Positions 1 to 11,796 of a DNA stretch of 64,000 nucleotides are shown piece after piece. The notes under the pieces are model-generated. The model searched no databases and was not told the origin of the DNA. It saw only the letters and a list, made by a program, of their open reading frames with translations. Source of the DNA: Okamejei kenojei. Lineage: Eukaryota. A program made the translations under genes and the position numbers. Each line of letters starts with the position of its first letter. Position 1 is the first letter of the stretch. The stretch spans positions 22,940,001 through 23,004,000 of the forward strand of contig CM069162.1 of assembly GCA_035221665.1 (NCBI GenBank), written 5' to 3'.

Positions 1-23
1 GTGGGGACACCATTCCTTCGAGT

Positions 24-408
24 GAGTGCAGGAGGATGAGCGGTGATCTTATGGAGGTGCACACAATCATGAGAGGAATAGATCGGGTGAGTCTCTTGCC
101 CAGAGTAGGGGAATCGAGAACCAGAAGACATGGGTTTTTGGTGAGGAGGGAAAGATTTAATAGGAACCTGAGGGGTAACCTTTTCACGCAAAGGGTGGTG
201 GGTGTAAGGAACGAGCTGCTGGGGGAGGTAGATGAGGCAGGGACTATCGCAAAGTTCGAGAAACATTCAGACAGGATAGGATAGGTTTGTAGGGATATGG
301 GCCAAACACAGGCGGGGGGGGGGGGACTAGTGTAGATGGGACATGCTGGACGGTGTGGGCAAGTTGGGCTGAAGGGCCCGTTTTCAAGCAGTATGACTAC
401 GACTCTAT
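24..408 (+). mobile_element. CR1 LINE 3' fragment (HER1-like tail)
   Basis: ORF 36-284 has the CR1 ORF2 C-terminal motif (SRTRRH...NLFTQRVVGVRNEL); tail gggctgaagggcccg...tatgactacgactc. Confidence 0.9.
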
Positions 409-893
409 AACACTGCTTGTATGAGAGGAGGAGCAGCAGAGTTTAGTCAAGACACTCCAAATTAACCCCTTTCCCTTTCTATGGAAACAGTAATTCTGCC
501 CATTTTTGGATGGCAGACTATCCACCTAACCCTTTCACTGATCATTATTCCTGCCCCGAGTCTCTGCCTCGTCCACCCCATCACAATTATCCCTACCCGT
601 CGACCCTGTTGTATCCAGCACCTCGATCCCAACAAGCAGCAAGAGTTGTAGCCCCAGTGTAGCCTCCCTGCCTGACTGGCAGCTAATCAGGCTGGCCTCT
701 GCATGGGCACCAATTCAATCAAAACATATAAACTATGGTTAAACACAATGGCATTCAAGCCAACTCAGACTTCCGGGCTTTTAAATGCAGCCTACTAAAA
801 ATTGGAAATATAATTAACTGTAATCCTCCCATAATTCGAAGGGGCCTCAGTAAGTGTTAATTCGCTCCTTTTATAATCTGCTTCCCCTGGAGC

Positions 894-1206
894 TTTAGTT
901 TAGTTTGGTTTTGAGATACAGTGCAGAAACAGGCCCTTCCGCCACTGAGTCCGCGCCGACCAGCGATCCCCCGCACCAACACGACCCTTGACACGCTAGG
1001 GACAATTTATAATGAAACCAAGCCAATTAACCCACAAAACTGCACGTCTTCGGAGTGTGGGAGGAAATCAGGGCCACCGGAGAAAACCCACACAGGTCAC
1101 GGGCAGAATGTACAAAATCTGTACTGACAGCATCCGTAGTCAGGATTGAACCCGGGTCTCTGGCGTTGTAAATCAGCAACTCTACTGTTGCACCATTGTG
1201 CCGCCC
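894..1206 (-). mobile_element. HE1-type V-SINE
   Basis: Reverse strand: tRNA-like head gggcggcacaatggtgcaac...gggttcaatcc, V-domain core, (taaac)n tail. Confidence 0.9.
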
Positions 1207-1212
1207 TTAATT

Positions 1213-4200
1213 AACATAGAAACATAGAAAATAGGTGCAGGAGGAGGCCATTCGGCCATTCGGCCCAGCACCGCCATTCATTGTGATCATGGCTGATCGC
1301 CCGCTATCAATAACCCGTGCCTGCCTTCTCCCCATATCCCTTGACTCCACTAGCCCCTAGAGCTCTATCCAACTCTCTCTTAAATCCATCCAGTGATTTG
1401 GCCTCCACTGCCCTCTGTGGCAGGGAATTCCATAAATTCACAACTCTCTGGGTAAAAAAGTTTTTTCTCACCTCAGTCTTAAATGACCTCCCCTTTATTC
1501 TAAGACTGTGGCCCCTGGTTCTGGACTCACCCAACATTGGGAACATTTTTCCTGCGTGTAGCTTGTCCAGTCCTTTTATAATTTTATATGTTTCTAAAAG
1601 ATCCCACCTCATCCTTCTAAACTCCAGTGAATACAAGCCTAGTCTTTTCAATATTTCCTCATATGACAGTCCCGCCATCCCAGGGATCAATCTCGTGAAC
1701 CTACGCTGCACTGCCTCAATCACAAGGATGTACTTCCACAAATTAGGAGACCAAAACGGTACACAATATTCCAGATGTGATCTCACCAGAGCCCTATACA
1801 ACTGCAGAAGAACCTCTTTACTCCTGCACTGAAATCCTCTTGTTATGAAGGCCAACATTCCATTAGCTTTCTTCACTGCCTGCTGTACCTGCACGCCAAC
1901 TTTCAGTGACTGGTGTACAAGGACACCCAGGTCTCGCTGTACCTCCCCCTTACCTAACCTAACCCCATTGGGATAATAATCTGCCCCCTTATTTTTGCTG
2001 CCAAAGTGGATAACCTCACATTTATCTATATTATACTGCATCTGCCACGCATCTGCCCACTCACTCAACCTGTCCAGGTCCCCTGCAACCTCCTAACATC
2101 CTCTTTACAGTTCACACTGCCACCCAGCTTTGTGTAATCCGCAAACTTGCTAGTGTTGCTCCTAATTCCCTCTTCCAAATCATTTATATATATGGTAAAC
2201 AGTTGCGGCCCCAACACCGAGCCTTGTGGCACTCCACTTGCCACTGCCTGCCATTCTGAAAAGGACCCGCTCACTCCTGCTCTTTGCTTCCGGTCTGCCA
2301 ACCAATTTTCTATCCATGTGCTCTAATTTTAGTCACCAGTCTCCCGTGCGGGCCCTTATCAAAGGCTTTCTGAAAGTCTAGATACACTACATCCACTGGC
2401 ACCCATTCATCCATTTTACTTGTCACATCCTCACAAAATTCCAGAAGATTAGTCAAGCATGATTTCCCTTTCATAAATCCATGTTGACTTGGACTAATCC
2501 TTTTACTGCTATCCAAATGCTCCATTATTACCTCTTTAATAATTGACTCCAGCATCTTTCCCACCACCGAAGTCAGGCTAACTGGTCTTTTGAATGTTTT
2601 CTCTCCACTTGAAAAGTGGGATAACATTAGCTATCCTCCAATCCACAGGAACTGATCCTGAATCTATTGAACATTGGAAAACGATCACCAATGCGTCCAC
2701 TATTTCTAGAGCCATCTCCCTGAGGACCCTGGGATGCAGACCATCAGGCCCAGGGGATTTATCATCCTTCAGTCCCATTAGCCTACCCAATACTATTTCT
2801 TGCCTAATGATTTTTTTTTTTCAGTTCCTCTACCCCCTTAGAGTTTCTGTCCTCCAGTACATCTTGGAGATTGTTTGTGTCCTCCTTAGTGAAGACAGAT
2901 CCGAAGTACCTATTCAACTCTTCTACCATTTCCTTGCTGCCCATAATTATTTCACCCGTGTCTGCCTTCAAGGGACCCACATTTGACTTTGCTACTCTTT
3001 TTCCCTTAACATATCTAAAGAAGCTTTTACTGTCCTTCTTTATATTCCTGGCCAGCTTCCCCTCATACTTCATCTTTTCAATTCGTATTGGCCGTTTTGT
3101 TTCCTTCTGTTGTCCTATGAAAGTTTCCCAATCCTCTGGCTTCCGGCTACTCTTTGCTGTGTTATACATCTTTTCTTTTAGTTTTATTCTATCCCTAACT
3201 TCTCTTGTCAGCCACGGTTGCCTCCTACTCCCCTTAGAATCTTTCTTCCTTTTTGGAATGAAATGATCCTGCATCTTCTGGATTATGCCCAGAAATTCCT
3301 GCCATTGCTGTTCCACTGTCATTCCTGCTAGGATCCCTTTATAGTCTACTTTGGCCAGCTTCCCTCTCATGCCTTCATAGTCCCCTTTGTTCAACTGCAT
3401 CACTGCCACTTCCGATTTAACGTTCTCCTTCTCAAATTGCAGATTAAAACTAATCATATTATGATCACTACCTCCAAGCGGTTCCTTTACCTCGAGTTCT
3501 CTTATCATTGGACAACACTAAATCCAGAATTGCCTTTTCTCTGGGCGTCTCCATTACAAGCTGCTCTAAGAATCCATCTCGGAGGCATTCTACAAACTCT
3601 CTTTCTTGGGGTCCTGAACCAACCTGATTTTCCCAGTCTATCTTTATATTGAAATCCCCCATCATCGCAGTGGCATTATCTTTGTTACATGCCAGTTTTA
3701 ACTCCTGTTGCAACTTACACCCTACATCCGGGCTACTATTTGGGGGGGGTCTGTAAATAACACCAATTAGTGTCTTATTGCCTTTACAATTCCTCAACTC
3801 AATGGGACTGTATTCGCAAGGGACTGTATTCCATCCCTCACCAGCAGAGCTACCCCCCCTCCTCTGTCCACCTGCCTGTGCTTTCTATAGGATGTATAAC
3901 CCTGAATATTAAGTTCCCAGGCCCGATCCTCCTGCAGCCACGTCTCAGTAATCCCCACAATGTCATATCTACCAACCGCTAACTGAGCCTCAAGCTCATC
4001 TAATTTATTTCTTATACTTCACGCATTCATATACAATACTTTTAATTCCTTACGCATCTCACCTTTCACAACGATCCCTATTACACTTGGCCATACTCTC
4101 CTATCCCTTTGTGAGCTTCCTTTCCCGTTAAGTCTGGGGTCATTAACCATCCCTTTACTCTCTTTCCCATTAACTCCATTGTCGACTATCTCATTTGACA

Positions 4201-4443
4201 TTCCACCCCCCTTATTCAGTTTAAAACCACCCGTGTAGCAGTGGCAAACCTGCCTGCCAGAATGCTGGTTCCCCCACCTGTTAAGATGCAATCCGTCCCT
4301 TTTGTACAGTCCCCCTTACTCCAAAACAGATCCCCAGGAACTGCACCAGTTCCTCAGCCACACGTTCAGGTCCCGTATCTCCCTGTTCCTGCTCTCGCCA
4401 GCACGAGGAACTGGAAGCAAACCGGAGATAACAACCCTAAGAG
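1213..4443 (-). mobile_element. Long CR1 LINE, frameshifted: end of ORF1 (SGNH-esterase-like) plus ORF2 (APE endonuclease + reverse transcriptase)
   Basis: Minus-strand ORFs carry LKVLYMNA, IGVIYRPP, MGDFN, LGGSDH (APE); PGPDG, QHGFMKGKSCLTNL, YLDFQKAFD, SGVPQGSVLGP, KFADYTK (RT); CR1 C-terminus; (tttctatg)n tail at 1213-1229. Several frameshifts and stops. Confidence 0.95.
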
Positions 4444-4521
4444 TTGTGCACTCTTTTCTTGGGCCACTCTCACCAGTGAGTCTAATCCCCTTACCCTTGT
4501 TAACAAGGTAAAGTGGTTACA

Positions 4522-4835
4522 TTTATAGATACAGCATGGAAACAGCCCATGGACTCCACATCATCCATCCATCACCCCTTTAGATTTGTTCCACGTTATC
4601 CCACTTTTGCATCCATTCCCTACACACCAGGGACATTTTTTTGTACTGACGCCAATTAACCTACAAACCTGCGCATTTTTGGCATGTGGGAAGAAACCGG
4701 AGTATAGGGAGGAATCCCGTGCGGTCACGGGGAGGATGCGCAAACTTCACACAGACATCGCCCGAGGTGAAGATCGAACCCGGGTCTCCGGCGCTGTGAG
4801 GCAGCAACTCTACCAGCTGCCCCACTGTGGCACCC
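4522..4835 (-). mobile_element. HE1-type V-SINE
   Basis: Same head, B-box (gggttcgatc) and core as the other copies. Confidence 0.85.
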
Positions 4836-5342
4836 TGTAAAGTAGTTACAGTAATCCGTTTTTTTTTTAATTGGACGCCAGGTGTTGACAAAAGAAATAG
4901 AAACGCTGCTATTTTGTTTTCTTTTGCTTGAGTAATTGGCAGGTTCTGCCAAAACTGCGCACAAAATTCACACCTGTTTTACCGGTGGCAATTGAAGCTG
5001 AGATAGCCTGCTGATCTAATTATCATATGCTGGAATGTGAAAGTAAGAATGAAAAGTTCAGGCCCAAGTCGAAGGCCTACCTCTACTAGCTATTCCCTTT
5101 TAAGCCGTGCAAATGCATGTTTTAAGCCATCAAAGCACTGTTTATCACTTCCAGCCAAACACATCAAGGCAGAGATTGACACAACAGGCTAGAGAAACTC
5201 AGCGGGTCAGGCAGCTTTAAGAAAACTCGCTCCCACATCAAGGCTGATCATTGAAGGCCACAGGGATCTGGTACAGCCGGGGGCAACCATGATCGCACTG
5301 CGTAGGAGGGGCAGGCTTGAGGGGCCAACTCCTTTTTTATTG

Positions 5343-5570
5343 TGTAGCAAGGAACTGCGGATGCTGGTTTAAACCGAAGATAGACGCAAAAGGCTGAAGT
5401 AGCTCAGTGCGACAGACAGCATCTCTGAAGAAAAGGAATAGGTGAAGTTTCGGGTCGAGATCTTTTTTCAGATGTTTGAAGATGGGACTCGAGCCGAAAT
5501 GTCACATTCCTTTTCTCTAGAGATGCTGCCTGACCCGCTGAGTTACTCCAGCATTTTGTATCCATCTTTT
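5343..5570. mobile_element. Penelope-derived short element, inverted (head-to-head) pair
   Basis: aaggaactgcggatgctgg...tttcgggtcgag followed by its reverse complement gaagatgggactcgagccgaaatgtcac...ccagcattttg. Confidence 0.8.
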
Positions 5571-5738
5571 TTATGTCCAGGTTTTGTCACTCATTCTGAT
5601 GTCAAAAAAATGTGCTCCAAGTGTCAGGGAGAAGATAATTCCTAAAACACCAGCAAAGTGACTTTGAAACCCGTTGTGCCTAAAACTTTGGGCAAATATA
5701 TTGTCATTTTGTAGAGGCACAGTAGATTGGCACAGTAG

Positions 5739-6057
5739 AGTGGCATGATGGCACAGCAGTAGAGTTGCTGCCTCACAACGCAACAGACCCGGGTTCGATC
5801 CTGACTGCGGGTGCTGTCTGTATGGAGTTTGTACGTTCTCCCCGTGACCTGCGTGGGTTTTCTCCGGGATCTCCCATTTCCTCCCACATTCCAAAGACGT
5901 GCAGGTTTGTAGGTTAATTGGCTTGGTAAAAGAAAAAAAAGGTAAAATTGTCGCTAGTGTATGTAGGATAGAGTTAGTGTGCGGGGATCGCTGGTCGGCA
6001 TGGACTCGGTGGGCCGAAGGGTCTGTTTCCGCTCCGTATCTTTACACTAAACTAAAA
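5739..6057 (+). mobile_element. HE1-type V-SINE
   Basis: A/B-box head, V-domain, gggccgaagggtctgtttcc stem-loop, taaactaaa tail. Confidence 0.9.
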
Positions 6058-6267
6058 TTGGAAATAAAATGGAGGGTGATGTAAAATAAATTACCAGCCC
6101 ATTCCACATTCACACAATGTGTAAATAATCTCCTTTATTTTTATCAGAGTTGTGTCCAATTGTAGGTTTCCTCTTCGTTCCTCTCGCTCTGTTTTGCAGG
6201 CAGTGGGGTTTCTATGTCAGACTATTCCCTCCAACCACTCTCTTCCCAACACAAGGGCCCCTAGTTT

Positions 6268-6358
6268 AGTCTGAAGGGTCTCGACCTGAAACATCACCTA
6301 TTCCTTCTCCAGAGATGCTGCCTGTCCCATTGAGTTACTGCTGCATTTTGTGTCTATT
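6268..6358 (+). mobile_element. Penelope-derived short element (degenerate hammerhead at 5' end)
   Basis: agtctgaagggtctcgacctgaaacatcacc...agatgctgcctgtccc. Confidence 0.8.
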
Positions 6359-6755
6359 GCTGCAATCAAGGTCTGGTTAATCCAAGGTGACGGGTCTCAG
6401 TCATCGTGGTATTAATGCCCTCGTTACCCATTTTTTGCACTGCAGAGCATCACAAAACCGTTTTGCTTCAGTGCACAGGGAGCGGCAGAGCGCAAATCTG
6501 AGTTTTCCGTGTCATTACCAGCACACTAGCTGTAAGCAGTTTCAATATCTGTCAGAAATTCATGCCCCTCTATCCAACTGTCAGGCAGTTCAATAGTGCA
6601 GCAAGGATTGAAGAAATCTTTACTGGCCTTGAAGTTGCTGCCCATTAGGTATTGACTCACCTCTACTGAGAAGCAAATGCTTCATCTGCTTTCTACATCA
6701 AGGTGTAGGGGAACTCTTACTCACTCTGTCTCTAAGATGGTCTTAAAATCACCAC

Positions 6756-6988
6756 GCGTTTAAAAGGAAAAGCGTTCTCAAGAAAAGAGATACTGGATGT
6801 ATAGGTTGCTATGTCAACGTATAAATATTTTATTTTGTTCTGTTTCAACCATTAGACAAATACATAGGAAGGAAACCAAGATCTAGCCCTCAGTCAAGCT
6901 GAGCATGTGAAGCAGGTACTCCAGGGGTGCAGCAGAAGCAAGCGTTTAAAAGGAAAAGCGTTCTCAAGAAAAGAGATACTGGATGTAT
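6756..6988 (+). repeat. Perfect 47-bp direct repeat (6756-6802 and 6942-6988)
   Basis: gcgtttaaaaggaaaagcgttctcaagaaaagagatactggatgtat occurs twice with 139 bp between copies. Confidence 0.95.
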
Positions 6989-7160
6989 TTGAACAGGTGC
7001 CAAATGGGAAGGAGTCACAGTTGCTCTCTGTACAATGCCAGTCTTCACCTTTCACAGCGTCACTGGGCTGCTCCCCATTGCTGCCTTACTCATCCTTTCT
7101 GCGTTTACACTCGTTGTACAGCCCGGTTTTCCGGGGTGCCAAGACCCCGTCATTCTCCAG

Positions 7161-7263
7161 CACCCAATCCTTCTCTCCAGAGATGCTGCCTGACCCGCTA
7201 AGTCACTCCAGCTTTTTGTATCTGTCCTCGGTTTAAACCAGCATCTGCAGTTCCTTCTTACAC
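7161..7263 (+). mobile_element. Penelope-derived short element, 3' part only
   Basis: cacccaatccttctctccagagatgctgcc...cagcatctgcagttccttc. Confidence 0.8.
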
Positions 7264-7594
7264 ATTGTCCAGCCATGCCTGAAGTGTAGAACGACTGAGG
7301 CCATTTGACTTTGCCGATCCATCCCTGTGCACTGACCGATGATAATTATCTACCCCGATATTTTAATAACTGACAGACGACAACGTAGCAAAGAATTCAA
7401 TCCATCCTACATGTTTCATATATCATCACTCTCTGTGCAACTTTGTCGGTGCCAGGACGTGGCCTGCCTGGGTCAGGTCTGCGACATGATTTTACCAGGT
7501 TGTATGCAAAACAGGTACATGTGGCAATGAAGGATCAATGAATCAATGAATCATTAAATTGAATTATTATCTTTGCTTTGAATTGAATCATGGA

Positions 7595-8530
7595 ATTGAA
7601 TAATTGAATAATTGAATAAAGAACTTTTCCTTCAAAGACCCTTGAAAGCTTCTTCCTCTAACGATAGAGGAAGATATCATGGGAACAAGATTCCAACTAT
7701 CTACTCTCTCCATGCTTCTTATAATTTTACATCGGTCACCCTCATTCACTGCAAGGAAAACACTTAAAACTATACGATCTCTCCCCATAAACCAGTCCTC
7801 TAATCCAGACAACATCCTATGCTCTCTCTCTCTCTCCAGCACTGCCATATCCTTCCTCTTATGTGGTGACCTGAACTGCTCACAATACTCCATGTGCAGT
7901 CTAATCTGTTATAGATTCACAGTGTGGAAACAGGCCCTTCGGCCCAACTTGTCCACCTTGTTTTGTAAAGTTGCTCCATTATGTCCCAATTTGTACGTTC
8001 TGCGCCACGACCTATGAAGGGAAGTGTGCCATAGGGCTTCTTCACCAGCCCATCTTCCTGTGTTGTCACTTTCATGGAACTGTACACTTGAACCCCAAGA
8101 TCCCTGTGTTAGGCAACATTCCTTCGCATCCTACCATTTACTGAATACGTCTACCCTTATATGACTTCTTCAAATGCCTGTCGGATTAAATTCTATCTAC
8201 CAAAGCCCTGCCCCACTTTCCATCTGATCTATATCCTGCTGCAGCCTTAGCCAACCCATCTCTCTATCTGCAACATCACCAAGAATTGTGTCAACTTCAA
8301 ACTTATTAATCATATCTCCTTTATTCACATTGTAATTATACATTGGAAACAACAAACATCACAGCACCAAGCCCTGTGATACATCACTGGTCGCAGACTT
8401 TCATTCAGAATAATATTCTTCCCCCACGAGCGTGTGCCTTTTGTCACTAAGCCAGTTTTGCTTCCCACTGGGCAACCCACCATGGATCCCCTGCGCCTTA
8501 ACCATCCTGTACCAGCTCACCATGCAGGGC
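7595..8530 (-). mobile_element. Old, degraded CR1 ORF2 fragments
   Basis: ORF 7588-7893 MEYCEQFRSPHKRKD... resembles CR1 LEYCVQFWSP; degraded RT-like sequence continues to about 8530. Confidence 0.75.
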
Positions 8531-8592
8531 TTTGTCATTGCCATACACAATCAAATAAGCTGCGACTGTTAACAGTGAGGAGGTACAGTGAG

Positions 8593-8908
8593 GGTGGCAC
8601 GGTGACACAGCGGTAGAGATGTTTGAGCCTTACAGTGCCAACATCTTGGGTTCAATTCTGACTACGCGTGCTGTCTGTATTGAGTTTGTATGTTCTCCCT
8701 GTGACTGCGTGGTTTTTCTCCGGGTGCCCCGGTTTCCACCCACACTCCAAAGACGTATAGATTTGTAGGTCAATTGGCTTCAGTGAGAATTGTAAATTGT
8801 CCCTAGTGTGTCGGATAGTACAAGTGTACGGGTATTGCTGGTTGGCATCGACTCGGTGAGCCAAAGGGCCTGTTTCCGCAGTATCTATAACCTAAACTAA
8901 ACTAAATT
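8593..8908 (+). mobile_element. HE1-type V-SINE
   Basis: ggtggcacggtgacacagcggtagag head to (taaac)n tail. Confidence 0.9.
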
Positions 8909-9029
8909 AATTGCTCACTTACAGTCAGTAGTAAGCACCAATGGTGCTACCACCCTCAGTGAAGGACAACAGTGTCACCACATCCCATGGGATGCAGCGG
9001 TGAATCAATGCACAACCCGAGCCAAGGGC

Positions 9030-9520
9030 AAGATCATTCTCAGCAAGAGTCCCACGCTGAACAATACTTAGTGAGTGCTGATATTGTTACCGTACTTTGG
9101 AAGGTCCACCAATGATAGTGTGCTCAGTGAGAGTCAATGATGAAATTATATTCATTAAGAGTCAGCCACGTGACTGGCTGGCAAAAGGCGGCTGGAATTG
9201 TACCCAGTTGGAGTCAATGGTGACTTTGTACTGATGTGGAGTCAATGTTAAACATGGATAGTGAAGGTGAGTGGAGAAACAGTGCTGAGTATGAGTCTGT
9301 GCTGGGCCACATGAGTGGCAAGGGTAAAATTGTGATTTGGGAAAACTGTATTGTATGTATGTATAGCCTCCGAGAAAGTCGGATGGAGTTTTGTAAGGAT
9401 CATGTATTGTATATATTTATTTCTCGAATAAAGTCTATTTTGAAATGTAACAAAAAAAAAATGAAACCACGCTCAGCGGTGAAACTGTGCTCAGCAGAAA
9501 GCCATGGTGATAGTTCTATT
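9030..9520 (+). repeat. Degenerate 28-bp minisatellite (approx. gaaactgtactcagtgagagtcaatggt), interrupted by an L1-Tx1 fragment
   Basis: gagtca recurs at 9131/9159 and 9211/9239 (28-bp spacing); unit resumes after 9461. Confidence 0.65.
9303..9461 (+). mobile_element. L1-Tx1 3' UTR fragment with AATAAA and poly(A)
   Basis: Aligns by eye with the reverse complement of 44666-44830 (gggccacatgagtggcaaggg...gatttgggaaa...cctccg...catgtattgtat). Confidence 0.75.
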
Positions 9521-9569
9521 CAGGGTTGGCATGGGCAAGTTGGGCCAAAGGGCCTGTTTCCATGTTGCA

Positions 9570-9650
9570 AAGACACAAAAAGCTGGAGTAACTCAGTGGG
9601 ACAGGCAGCATCTCTGGAGAGAAGGGAAGGGTGATGTTTTGTGTCGAGGC
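9570..9650 (-). mobile_element. Penelope-derived short element
   Basis: agacacaaaaagctggagtaactcagtgggacaggcagcatctctggagag. Confidence 0.8.
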
Positions 9651-10707
9651 TGCATGACTACGACTCTAAGATGCACGGTGGAAAAGCAGACAAGGCTTTG
9701 TTTGGGGAGAAAAACGGTGAATACAGGAGATGGTCGACTGATCCTGGTGGCCTCCAGCATTCAGAGTGAACGGGGAGAGGGACAAGAGCTCTGGTGATAT
9801 TCCATACACCACCTCTCCTGTGAAATGTCATGCAACCCCACTTTACAGCGCCTGCCCGCTCTGTATTAAAAAGAAAGGCGAAACCATATCGCACACATTG
9901 TTTCCTTGTTCCTTGGCTGAACGTTGCGATTCGGCTCAGCTTGGCGCTGGTTTGAGCTGGCAACATGCAGCTGGGAAGGGGTTAAAACAGCTGGCATTCC
10001 CATTACCTCAGCGGCTGCATCCGCTCCATACAGTACGCGACATTCTTATTCCAGCATTGCGTCAGAGGAGAAGCATTCATCCCGAACAGCAGGGATTTAA
10101 CATTTAAGCCCACAGCAACCAAATTACATCCGTCAAATCCAGCTGGTCTGTGTTCAGGCCTTACACCTGCTTTACTCTATTATTTGCATCACGAAGAGAC
10201 AGGCCATCCATTTGGAGACAGGCAACCTTTAAGGCTCATGGTGAGCTGAGAAATTAACTCAATTTTCTTTGCATCCAAATAGTCCCTTTTATTTTTGCCG
10301 GTGACTCTTGCGATAAAGAACACAGTTGTGCAAGGTGGGCCCCAGATTCCTTGGCCTTTGCTTCTTGTTTGGCAGTGACAAGGCTTTGTTGGCCCAGAAC
10401 TGGAAGAACCAGCCTGAGTTCCTGCTCTTGTAACGCCGGCTGGAGGCCCAGACTGGGTTCAGCTGCATTGATTCTCCTCTCCCATTTTCAATAACTCAAG
10501 CATGGCCTACCCTAACAAGCTGCAGTCTGGTTTACTGCAGAGGGGGATGTATCGCATCGCTGAATTCTATCCTTGTGAGAGGCCGTATCTTCAGAGAAAC
10601 TGACAGGGGAATTAGACATTTAAAAAATGTTGTCTGACGTGCAAACTGGAGACTATTCCCCGGGGAATGGCTTAAAAGTGACGGCAGGCATCCAAAGGTG
10701 CTAATGT

Positions 10708-10862
10708 GTTGGAAGGAACTGCCGATGCTGGTTTACACTGAAGATAGACACAAAATGCTGGAGTAACGCAGCTGGATAGGTCTCAACCCGAAAAGTCACC
10801 CATTCCTTCTCTCCAGAGATGCTGCATGTCCCGCTGAGTTACTCCAGCATTTTGTGTCCATC
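10708..10862. mobile_element. Penelope-derived inverted pair with 17-bp TSD
   Basis: Flanked by tccaaaggtgctaa(t/c)gt at 10691-10707 and 10863-10879. Confidence 0.85.
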
Positions 10863-11796
10863 TCCAAAGGTGCTAACGTTATCAGTGTATCTAATCTCAC
10901 TGCGGTGGCATTGGAGACAAGTATTTGACTGGAACCAAGGGCAGAAAGAAACTTGGGACCTAATGGATCCATTCGACAGCTGGACAATAGTGGCTGCAGT
11001 AGGGCTTTGAGGCTTGTCTGGGTGTATCCTGGAAGTGTCATTGTTTGAGCTCCTGGCTGGAGTCACTCTGCCTCCATTACCCCTGTGGTGCACTGCCCTA
11101 CCACACCAATTGAACAATAAACCAATGCTTCAGATCAAGGACAGATGGACCAGATTGAGTAATTCTCGATAATCATTCAAACAGGTTCTTTTCCCATCAT
11201 CAATGTAATGCATCACAATCAATTCTTACTTCCATTCTGGACAGTAATATTAAATTCCTGGACAAAGCTGGAAGGTGGCAACTTTAGGTTGATCTCCTGA
11301 TTCCCCAACTCCAGTGCATGACATGATTCAGAGGGTCAGGAAGAGTCCTAGTTTGATCAGAGAGGCATGCAAACTGTTTATCCGAGGCTGCATCAGGTGT
11401 ATGTCCAGGCTTTGGATGATCAGAACTTTAGGTTGGACTCTTTGCTCCTGGCCTCTCATCCAGTGACCTCCAATGACAGGTACAGAGTTGTTGTCAACAT
11501 AGTTAATGAGTTTAGTTTATTGTCACGTTACCGAGGTACAGTGAAAAGCTTTTGTTGCGAGCTAACCAGTCAGCGGAGAGACAACACATAATTACAACCG
11601 AGCCATCTACAGTATACAGGTACATGATAGAGGGAATAACGTGAATAACTTTAGTGCAACATAAACCAGTAAAGTCTGATTGAAGATAATCCGAGGGTCA
11701 CCAATGAGGTAGATAGTGGTTCAGGACTGCTCGCTCGATGTGGTACGATGGTTCAGTTGCCTGATAACAGCTGGGAAGAAACTATCCCTGAACCTG

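Noticed and set aside
1317-3266. Long plus-strand ORFs (171, 130, 131 aa)
   Set aside because: Antisense shadows of CR1 ORF2.
5739-5830. tRNA genes suggested by A/B boxes (ggttcgatcc)
   Set aside because: These are tRNA-derived SINE heads continuing into the V-domain; no complete cloverleaf.
10708-10862. Palindromic elements as classical DNA-transposon MITEs
   Set aside because: Arms are unequal, TSD length varies (11-17 bp) and the same sequence follows a PLE endonuclease ORF at 30690-31104.
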